A DNA stretch of 64,000 nt, taken from an uncultured euryarchaeote (GTDB lineage Archaea > Thermoplasmatota > Poseidoniia > Poseidoniales > Poseidoniaceae). Below the pieces are notes generated by a model. That model saw only the letters and a list, made by a program, of their open reading frames with translations. It ran no database searches and was not told the DNA's origin. Shown here one piece after another: positions 19,937 through 28,224 of this stretch (the stretch's first letter is position 1; each line of letters starts with the position of its first letter). The stretch spans positions 66,780 through 130,779 of the forward strand of contig CAXFAS010000002.1 in NCBI GenBank assembly GCA_964001175.1. The letters are read 5' to 3'. Both the position numbers and the translations under genes were made by a program.

Positions 19937-19958
19937 TTCGCCCCCCTTAGGGGGCGAA
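19937..19958. repeat. perfect G+C-rich 9-bp inverted repeat TTCGCCCCC-ctta-GGGGGCGAA in a divergent promoter region
   Basis: Read directly. Lies between folC (minus, start 19875) and the presenilin-like gene (plus, first ATG 19975). Confidence 0.9.
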
Positions 19959-19974
19959 TCTCCGAGACACTCAA

Positions 19975-22197
19975 ATGCAACATAGACAACGCAATAGTAT
20001 GAGCGAACAGTTAGATGCCGGTTCCGGTGATAATCAAATCTCGCCAGAATTCGCTCAAATAGAAAAGGAATTATCGTCGGAAACTTCAGTTCTTTCATTG
20101 ATGAGAGAACAAATGAAATCAATGATGGGTATGATGTCCATGTTCGTCATAACTATTCTTATTTCATTATTCATCAGACCTTGGTATGACGTTGCAGAAT
20201 TACATGCTTTTGGTGAATCAGGTGCTACCCAGGCAAGATATATTTTTCTTGAACTGGTGATGATTTTTATTTTTACAGCCTTCGTTATCATGCTAGCTAG
20301 ATACAAAAAAGAGTGGCTGATAAAGTATGGTATAATGGGTGTATTAGCCATTGCTCTGATGTATACGACAGTCCCACTTGCTCATATGTTTGTTATTGAT
20401 TTTGATGTAGATGATTTTGAATATACTGATACATATGAGATAGAATCAGATTATTTAATTGATGTAGGCATGGACGGATTTATTACTCATGAACTACTTG
20501 GAAATAGTACCAACTGGGAAGATTCAATAAGTTTCTGGAACCAAGATAGTTTGTCTTCAGGACAACCACAGTGGACATACAATATGCCTAGGTTACCAGC
20601 TGACGATTCACAAACATTAACTGTGGTTAAGTCAGACGGTTATCTAACATTCTCAAATGGAGCATGGATTACTTCAATTGATATATCAAGTGGTGATATG
20701 ATTGAGAATTATGCTTGTCACTTTGTAGAAGATGGCCAAGTTACGATTGGTTTGCAGATTGGTGACGGATTAACAAGTTGTGATTTAGCTGTAATAGTTG
20801 ACATTGGCGTATACACATTTTCTTCTAATGGAGATGTTATATTCCATCGAACTTTTGAGAATAGCCCTGGAGTGATGGCTTTCCAAGCAAGGTGGGGATT
20901 GCCACCTAGTATCGATCTTAGAAACGAATTGATTGACGCTACGATGATCGAGCAAGAAAGAATGCTTCTCGTAACCGAATCAACCGCATTAGTTTTACAT
21001 TTAGAAGAAAATTCAGAGTCTTTGACAGTTGATATTCAGAAAATAATTTTCCAATATGAGAGTGAAAAGAACATTACAAGTGTAGATTTTGGTCATTCTC
21101 CTTGGTCGGAAAATAGTATTTCATCTAATATGGGTGATGAAGGATTTTTGATTGTAGGAGAAGATGATGGTACTATTTTGGGATGGGAATGGCAGGATAA
21201 TTTACCAAATGATGTAGGAGCCTTTACAGTTCAAGATAAGATGAACCTGGAAGGTTTTGTTGATTCTATTCAGAATGTTCAAATTACTGATTTAGATGAT
21301 TCTGGTTATACAGATTTACTAATTACCTCAAATGAAAATTCACATTGGCTTCACACCAAGATTTTGAAAAATAAGATTTCATTCCCAGTTGATGAAAATT
21401 TCTCTCTAGGTGTGTTTGCAAATAATAATTCAGATCAAATTGAATTTTACTCAATTAATGCTGACTCAAATTTTGAAATAACCAGCGGAGAAATTACTGA
21501 TGATATGTTTGCTTTAGAAGGATTACAATTGTATGAAGTTCCCTTTTACATAGGAATCTTTGTTGCAATTTTATTAATGATACTTCTCTATCTACATAGT
21601 GAATGGTATGTTGTTAACACTGTTGGAGTTTTAGTTGGGGCTGGAGTAATAGTTATGCTAGGTGTAGCATTTGTACCGACCTTGATTATAATATTCATGA
21701 TTCTTGCCGCAATATATGATGCATGGGCAGTTTACAAGTCTAAACATATGCTTGAACTTGCTGACACCATGATAGGTTTACAACTACCAATACTATTGGT
21801 CGCCCCTCAAGATAAAGGATACTCATTCAAGGATGAAAAAGTATCGATATCTGATAATAATCCGGTCGAACTACCTCCTATGTCTGAAATGCCAGGCAAG
21901 AAAGTTAAGGTCAAGAAAAATAAGGAAGCCATGTTTATGGGCCTTGGCGATGTTATTTTCCCAGGGATGCTGGTTCTATCTTCAGTACAATGGCTCGATT
22001 CTGATTATGGTTTTAAGATTGCAATGTTCACATTATTTGGTGGATTATTAGGATATTTTGCTTTGATGACCTATGTTGCTAGAGGTAAGGCACAAGCAGG
22101 TTTACCACTTCTTAACGGAGGAGCAATACTTGGATATTTCATCGGTGGATTAATTTTTGCCGGGACAACAATTTTTGAATTAGGAATTACATGGTAG
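19975..22197 (+). CDS. presenilin / signal-peptide-peptidase-type (A22, GxGD) intramembrane aspartyl protease with ~380-aa extracellular insertion
   Basis: AAIYDAWAVY (YD), FMGLGDVIFPG (GxGD) and GLPLLNGG (PAL-like) lie in the C-terminal 220 aa. Three TMs at the N-terminus. Start uncertain (ATGs at 19975 and 19999). Confidence 0.7.
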   Translation: MQHRQRNSMSEQLDAGSGDNQISPEFAQIEKELSSETSVLSLMREQMKSMMGMMSMFVITILISLFIRPWYDVAELHAFGESGATQARYIFLELVMIFIFTAFVIMLARYKKEWLIKYGIMGVLAIALMYTTVPLAHMFVIDFDVDDFEYTDTYEIESDYLIDVGMDGFITHELLGNSTNWEDSISFWNQDSLSSGQPQWTYNMPRLPADDSQTLTVVKSDGYLTFSNGAWITSIDISSGDMIENYACHFVEDGQVTIGLQIGDGLTSCDLAVIVDIGVYTFSSNGDVIFHRTFENSPGVMAFQARWGLPPSIDLRNELIDATMIEQERMLLVTESTALVLHLEENSESLTVDIQKIIFQYESEKNITSVDFGHSPWSENSISSNMGDEGFLIVGEDDGTILGWEWQDNLPNDVGAFTVQDKMNLEGFVDSIQNVQITDLDDSGYTDLLITSNENSHWLHTKILKNKISFPVDENFSLGVFANNNSDQIEFYSINADSNFEITSGEITDDMFALEGLQLYEVPFYIGIFVAILLMILLYLHSEWYVVNTVGVLVGAGVIVMLGVAFVPTLIIIFMILAAIYDAWAVYKSKHMLELADTMIGLQLPILLVAPQDKGYSFKDEKVSISDNNPVELPPMSEMPGKKVKVKKNKEAMFMGLGDVIFPGMLVLSSVQWLDSDYGFKIAMFTLFGGLLGYFALMTYVARGKAQAGLPLLNGGAILGYFIGGLIFAGTTIFELGITW

Positions 22198-22204
22198 GAT
22201 AAAT

Positions 22205-23497
22205 ATGCTTGGAATTCATATCTTTAGAGAACAACCGGATTTAATCCGTGCTGACCATGATAAGAGGGGAATAAACCATGATAAAATCGATCAAGTAATC
22301 GACCTTGACAAAAAATGGTTATCACTACAACATGAAACGAATCAACTGCGTCAAAAGAAAAACACTGCAGCCAAAGGAATTGGAGAGGCTAAAAAGTCTG
22401 GTGACAATGCTAGAGCCGAACAAATTTTGAATGAAGTTGCCAGTCTAGGTCAAGACATTTCAGTATTAGAAAAACAAACTGATGATACGCTTGAATTACG
22501 AGATAAAATCCGAATGTCTATTCCAAATATTCTTCATGATGATGTCCCAGTTGGGGCTGATGAATCGGGAAATACCTTGCATAGTGTACATGGTAAAAAA
22601 CCTGAATTTGATTTCCAACCTAGAACTCACAACGAACTTATTGAGATGAATAAGTGGGTTGACCTCAAAAGGGCTGCAAAAATAACAGGTAGTCGATTCT
22701 TTTTCCTTAAGGGTGATTTAGCCCGTTTAGAATTTGCTCTTCAACAATATGCTGTTGATTTCATAAGAAATAGAGGTTATACTTTTGTCCAACCGCCTGT
22801 AATGATGAATAGGCAATCATACGAGGGAGTTACAGACTTGGGTGACTTTGAAACTGTCATGTATGGTATTGAACCAGATGGTTACTATATGATTGCAACA
22901 TCTGAACATCCTCTTACTTCTATGTTCATGAGTGAGACTATTCCTGAGGAACAATTACCATTGAAAATAGTAGGAGTTTCTAATTGTTTTAGAAGAGAGG
23001 TTGGCTCTCACGGACAGTCAGATTTAGGAATTTGGCGAGTCCATCAGTTTACCAAAATTGAACAAATAATTATTTCGAAGCCAGAAGATTCATGGGAATT
23101 ACAGGAAGAATTATTGAAAAATTGTATTGATTTGTGGGATGAATTAGGAATTCACTACGAGGTTGTCAATATTTGTACTGGGGATATGGGTACAGTTGCT
23201 GCTAAGAAGTATGATCTCGAAGCTTGGATTCCAGGTGCTCAACAATACAAGGAGATAGTATCTTGTTCTAACTGTACTGACTATCAGGCTAACCGATTAC
23301 AGATTCGTTATGGGCAACCAGGTCATTCAGGGCAACCAATAGCACATACATTAAACTCAACTGCAGTAGCAACATCTAGGGCATTGGTTGCAATTATGGA
23401 ACAAAATCAACTAGAAGATGGAAGAGTTGTAATCCCACAGGTATTGAGACCACATATGGGTGGGCAAGAAATTCTTGAACCTTGTAATTGGGGATAA
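22205..23497 (+). CDS. serS: seryl-tRNA synthetase (bacterial/common type)
   Basis: N-terminal coiled-coil arm, class II motifs FRRE...G, TSEHPL, and TLNSTAVATSRALVAIMEQ. Confidence 0.95.
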   Translation: MLGIHIFREQPDLIRADHDKRGINHDKIDQVIDLDKKWLSLQHETNQLRQKKNTAAKGIGEAKKSGDNARAEQILNEVASLGQDISVLEKQTDDTLELRDKIRMSIPNILHDDVPVGADESGNTLHSVHGKKPEFDFQPRTHNELIEMNKWVDLKRAAKITGSRFFFLKGDLARLEFALQQYAVDFIRNRGYTFVQPPVMMNRQSYEGVTDLGDFETVMYGIEPDGYYMIATSEHPLTSMFMSETIPEEQLPLKIVGVSNCFRREVGSHGQSDLGIWRVHQFTKIEQIIISKPEDSWELQEELLKNCIDLWDELGIHYEVVNICTGDMGTVAAKKYDLEAWIPGAQQYKEIVSCSNCTDYQANRLQIRYGQPGHSGQPIAHTLNSTAVATSRALVAIMEQNQLEDGRVVIPQVLRPHMGGQEILEPCNWG

Positions 23498-25897
23498 TTA
23501 CAGTTCTAATAATCCTGCATCACGTATTGCTTTGAGATTCATATCTCCTGGTAATCCTAAGTCGACAGGCATCCCGCCGATGGTGACAATTATTCCTGTA
23601 AGGTGGGTAAATATACATGGAGGGAAGTCTCTTTCATCCTTATATTTGGACAATAACTTCCATCCATTGCTACCTTTTTCTTTTGCTTTATCTAGAGTAT
23701 CTTCCATCGAATGGGCAATCCACCCATTTGCCTTCCAAGCATGTCTTTGTAGGTCTTTAGTAACCAATGCTGGAGCTGGTGCAACTGTATGACGATATGG
23801 CCATGCTTGTACCCAATCAAGTCCAGAGTCAATTAACCATTCAATTCCGGTAGGTTCACTACTTGCAGAAATTGTTTCTCCTACAGATTCTAGATACCTA
23901 AGCAGACTTCTCAAGTGAGGATGTCTTGAACGCTCTTTTCCTAGGGATTCAGCGATATTTGTTGCAGTATTGATTCTTCCTTCATCTAAGTGGAGTAAAC
24001 TTCTAACTACCTCGCCATGAGACCATTTCTTAATATCATATTTCTTGATGAATCGCTCGATTAAGTTCAGTGCTTCTCCGGAACGACCCTCTAATCTCAA
24101 TCTAGCAACATCTCCTAAAATCAATAATTTGTCTTCGGGAGTATTTCTCATTTTTATCGATGAGACAGCAATATTTTGTTCGAATCTATTTATCAAATCA
24201 ATATTTCTTTTGGTTAGAGGATCGAGTGACAAGAGAGAAGCAACAGATGAATTTAGTTTCCTCTTTTTGGGTTGTAATAGTGAAGCAACCCACTTTAGTC
24301 TTGCAGATTCAACATCATCATCTGGAATCATTTGTAATCTAGGTTTTGCTTCAGCCAAGTCTCTTTGACTTAAACTAGCAGCGACCAAAATCAACCTTGC
24401 AATTTGCGCTTCTCGCCCGCCTCTTAATGCAAGAATGGAAACAGCATTATTTTCTGCATCATCCCAACGTCCCATAGCAGCATAAATCTCCATCATGGCA
24501 TCAGTTTTTCTAACCAAATCTAATCCTTCCAATTGCTCTCCATAACCTTCCATTACCGAATCGATTCTAACTAGGGCACGGTCCCAGTCATCTTCCATAA
24601 TCAGATTACGTATTGCCTTTTGTTTGAGATAAATCACGTCTTCCAATTGAGCCATTCTAGCACGGTCCTCTCCGACTGAAGCATCAAATGAAATATCTTC
24701 TAGACTAGAGCCAATCTTTCTAGAACGTGCCCAGATTACAATAAAAGCGACTTGACCACCAGATGATAGCATCCATGTCAATTCTTCAAGAGCATCTTTG
24801 GTTAATGTAGTACAAACACTATTTTCCCAAATTCCACATTGTTCTCCTTGGGGAAGAAAACTAGAATCCCAAAAGGTAATCATCGCTAAAGCAAGAAGAA
24901 GCATAGATTGACCAGCAAATCCAGTGAAGCAGAAATTCAAAACCTTGGCTTGTTGTGAACGTTCTGCTCTTAGAAGACGGCTATCTGCTAGTTTTATGCC
25001 ACCCTTCCCAGAAACATCTTGCACATCTAAGAACAGAATTCTAGCAACTTCATAGACAAATAAGAAACCGATAAGTGCTACGTTCATAAGCAGAAATAAT
25101 AGAACCATTGTGACCATTGGTACTCTAATTCCGTCTTCAGGTATGAATGAAAAAAGTTCAATTAAAGCGAAACCTAGAATTCCTCCTTCTTCCATTATCG
25201 ATGACTGTGGCCGGTATTCTGGAAGATTTAGGACACGATCTGAATGTGTGAACATATTCGGGTCTATTGATAGAGCTAGGATCGAAATAATAGTATTTAA
25301 TGCAACATATGGCATTGCTATAAGGTTGATATTAACGATTAAGGCTATTGCTTGTTGCTTTGCATTTGGCTTGTGATTATGGAAAGCTGAGGCCTCTCCC
25401 TTTGCGATTTTCTGAGAAGACTGTCTAAGTGCTTGCCAAGATGACCCTAATACTCTTCCATAAGCAAGAATTGCTGGAGAGAAAGCAAAGAATGTACAAA
25501 TGCTAAAGATTCTAAAACTAGGGACATCAAGAATATCAAGAACTAGTCCCAATACTAATACTAAAGCCATCCATAATATTGTTAATAACACATAAGAATA
25601 ACTTCTCCAAACATTTGAATCTTGCAGAGTAGCCTTTCCTTGCCCGATTGGCTTAATCACTTGAGCACCGAGTGATGAACCACTGGAAATTATTGCAGGA
25701 ATCGCAATAAAACATAATCCGATAGAAATTGATAATGCGTGGTAACCTTCCGAAAGGTCAAAATTAGTCATCATAAATTCAAAGAATAGAATTAAGGCAC
25801 CTGTTAAGGCAAAAAGGTAGGTAGTTACACCGAATCTCATACCTTGAGTTTTTAGCAGATTTTTCACATCTTCGACACTAGAAGTTACATTGTGCAC
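23498..25897 (-). CDS. polytopic membrane protein with cytoplasmic TPR-like helical-repeat domain, function unknown
   Basis: About 390 aa with multiple TM helices, then about 300 aa of TPR-like helical repeats (e.g. AMMEIYAAMGRWDDAENNAVSILAL), then a distinct ~110-aa C-terminal domain. The listed start is a GTG; the N-terminus is unresolved (see findings). Confidence 0.6.
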   Translation of the reverse strand: MHNVTSSVEDVKNLLKTQGMRFGVTTYLFALTGALILFFEFMMTNFDLSEGYHALSISIGLCFIAIPAIISSGSSLGAQVIKPIGQGKATLQDSNVWRSYSYVLLTILWMALVLVLGLVLDILDVPSFRIFSICTFFAFSPAILAYGRVLGSSWQALRQSSQKIAKGEASAFHNHKPNAKQQAIALIVNINLIAMPYVALNTIISILALSIDPNMFTHSDRVLNLPEYRPQSSIMEEGGILGFALIELFSFIPEDGIRVPMVTMVLLFLLMNVALIGFLFVYEVARILFLDVQDVSGKGGIKLADSRLLRAERSQQAKVLNFCFTGFAGQSMLLLALAMITFWDSSFLPQGEQCGIWENSVCTTLTKDALEELTWMLSSGGQVAFIVIWARSRKIGSSLEDISFDASVGEDRARMAQLEDVIYLKQKAIRNLIMEDDWDRALVRIDSVMEGYGEQLEGLDLVRKTDAMMEIYAAMGRWDDAENNAVSILALRGGREAQIARLILVAASLSQRDLAEAKPRLQMIPDDDVESARLKWVASLLQPKKRKLNSSVASLLSLDPLTKRNIDLINRFEQNIAVSSIKMRNTPEDKLLILGDVARLRLEGRSGEALNLIERFIKKYDIKKWSHGEVVRSLLHLDEGRINTATNIAESLGKERSRHPHLRSLLRYLESVGETISASSEPTGIEWLIDSGLDWVQAWPYRHTVAPAPALVTKDLQRHAWKANGWIAHSMEDTLDKAKEKGSNGWKLLSKYKDERDFPPCIFTHLTGIIVTIGGMPVDLGLPGDMNLKAIRDAGLLEL

Positions 25898-26068
25898 TTC
25901 ATACCTTTTTTCACCCGTTTGAAATGCTACTTGTAGCCCTCTTAGTTGTCTTGGAACTACTTGTGTCCAAAAAAGCCAAGAGGTAATTCCGGCAAGGAGG
26001 AAAGGGACCGCAATAATTGGAGAAATTTCATTTATTATTGGCGGTGCAGCGATATTATCACCTCAAAA

Positions 26069-28090
26069 TTAATCATCACTAACTGCTAGACTTGGGACCG
26101 GTATTTTGTTAGAAATTTCTTCTCCAATTTGAGAAATAAAATCATCCAGAGTAATTCCAGAGACTTGATCCCCATTTCTCGCTCTTAGGCTAACAGTACG
26201 ACTCTCTTGCTCACCGTCTCCTAGAATAATCATATATGCTGGTTGTAATTTTCTATGAGTTCGAATTTTCTTTCCAATAGTATCATCGCCATCATCTATT
26301 TCGACTCTAATATTATTTTCTTTCAGTACTCTTGCAACTTCATGTGCATACTCTTTATGTTTTTCAGAGATTGTAATGATATGGCATTGTGTAGGAGTTA
26401 ACCAAGTTGGGAATTTGCCAGCAAAATGTTCTATTAGAACACCACAAAATCGTTCCATTGAACCAAAAGGAGCACGATGAATCATTACTGGTCGATGTAA
26501 TTCTCCATCACTACCTTTGTAGGATAAATCAAATCTTTCTGGAAGATTATAGTCTACTTGAACGGTTCCCAATTGCCATTCTCTACCGATAACATCCTTG
26601 ACAACAAAGTCAATTTTTGGGCCATAAAAAGCAGCCTCTCCCTGCTCTTCGGACCAGTCAACTCCAAGGGATTCAGCTGCAGCACGACATGCATCTTCTG
26701 CTTTATCCCAACGTTCAGGTTCACCGACATATTTTGTAGAATCAGGGTCCCTGAGGCCTACTCTGACTCTATAATCTGTCATACCTAATTTGTCAAAAAT
26801 AATTTGTACAAGTTCGATACAACCCAACACTTCTTCAGCGATTTGATCCTCAGTAACGAATAAATGAGCATCATCCTGAGTGAATCCTCTAACACGAGTC
26901 ATTCCTGATATTTCTCCCGATTGTTCCCACCTGTATACAGTACCAAACTCAGCCAGTCTTAGTGGTAGATCTCTGTAGGAACGTGCCTTTGAAGAGTAGA
27001 TTTTGACGTGGTGAGGACAATTCATTGGTTTAAGCATGTATCCCTCAATATCACCAGTTTTCATCATATTTGATAATTCAGAGCATGAACAACCTTCATC
27101 GGATAATTTTTTCATCAAATCTCGCTCAACCAATGGTGGATATTGTGAGTCTTGATAGTAGGGGAAATGTCCAGAAGTTCTGTATAAATCTAACTTACCA
27201 ATATGTGGAGTAAATACTTGGGAATAACCTTGTCTTCGAAGGTGTAATCCAATAAAATCTTGTAATTCTTGTCTGACAATTGAGCCTCTTGGAGTCCATA
27301 AAATCAATCCTTGACCAACCTCTTCATCAATATGGAATAGTTGCAAATCTTTACCTAATTTTCTATGGTCTCTCTTCTTTGCTTCTTCCATTCTATGTAA
27401 AGTTGCTTTCAATGCATCTTTGGTTGGTTCTACAATTCCATAAATTCTAACCAATTGTTCTCTATCTTGGTCACCACGCCAATATGCTGAAGAAACACTT
27501 GTTAACTTACAAAACATCAGTCTAGAGGTATTTGGGACGTGTGGTCCAAGACAAAGGTCATACCATTCGCCTTGTTTGTAAATAGTAGATCCACCGCCAT
27601 CTTCGATTTTATCATTTATTATTTCTAATTTGTAGGGATTACTAATGAAGTGATTTTGCAATTCATCATCAGTTAATTCAATTCTTTCCACTGTCAAATT
27701 TTTCCTTGCTAATTCTTGCATTTTTTTCTGAATTGGTTTTAGGTCAGCCTCGGTAATTGGTTCCATTGCAAAATCGTAGTAAAATCCTCGTTCAATCGCG
27801 GGTCCAATAGTTGGTTTTGCTTCAGGATATAATTCCATTACTGCTTGGGCTAACAAGTGTGCAGCACTATGCCTTAGGATATGAATTCCTTCATCTGAAT
27901 TGGATAAAATTCCTTCAACATTGCACGACTCTTCTAATTGGTGTGACATGTCTTTCTCAATACCATCAACTCTAGCAGCCAAGCAGCCATGCTTCCTGCC
28001 AAGTGCATCAGTGACAACTTCAGCGCAAGTAATTCCCGAAACATACTCGTTTACAGTTCCATCAGGTAAAGTGATGTTAATCATAGCCAT
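26069..28090 (-). CDS. thrS: threonyl-tRNA synthetase, bacterial-type architecture (TGS + HxxxH editing domain + class II core + anticodon-binding)
   Basis: MAMINITLPDG (TGS), HSAAHLLAQAV (editing), CPHH, FRWEQSGE..GMTRVRGFTQDD, and HRAPFGSMERF. Confidence 0.95.
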   Translation of the reverse strand: MAMINITLPDGTVNEYVSGITCAEVVTDALGRKHGCLAARVDGIEKDMSHQLEESCNVEGILSNSDEGIHILRHSAAHLLAQAVMELYPEAKPTIGPAIERGFYYDFAMEPITEADLKPIQKKMQELARKNLTVERIELTDDELQNHFISNPYKLEIINDKIEDGGGSTIYKQGEWYDLCLGPHVPNTSRLMFCKLTSVSSAYWRGDQDREQLVRIYGIVEPTKDALKATLHRMEEAKKRDHRKLGKDLQLFHIDEEVGQGLILWTPRGSIVRQELQDFIGLHLRRQGYSQVFTPHIGKLDLYRTSGHFPYYQDSQYPPLVERDLMKKLSDEGCSCSELSNMMKTGDIEGYMLKPMNCPHHVKIYSSKARSYRDLPLRLAEFGTVYRWEQSGEISGMTRVRGFTQDDAHLFVTEDQIAEEVLGCIELVQIIFDKLGMTDYRVRVGLRDPDSTKYVGEPERWDKAEDACRAAAESLGVDWSEEQGEAAFYGPKIDFVVKDVIGREWQLGTVQVDYNLPERFDLSYKGSDGELHRPVMIHRAPFGSMERFCGVLIEHFAGKFPTWLTPTQCHIITISEKHKEYAHEVARVLKENNIRVEIDDGDDTIGKKIRTHRKLQPAYMIILGDGEQESRTVSLRARNGDQVSGITLDDFISQIGEEISNKIPVPSLAVSDD

Positions 28091-28224
28091 TATAGCCTCT
28101 CCTACAATATTGGGGGGGTCGCTTATCCTTCATGAAACCGCCGCACTAATTTCAATGTTAAGTGGTTAATTTTATGATGCTAGGAAGGGTAAGTATTGAA
28201 GAGTAGTAGGTTACAGATATTAAC

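Noticed and set aside
23460-23792. 110-aa plus-strand ORF overlapping the serS stop
   Set aside because: It is antisense to the 3' end of the 799-aa membrane/TPR gene. It would require overlap with serS and has no motifs.
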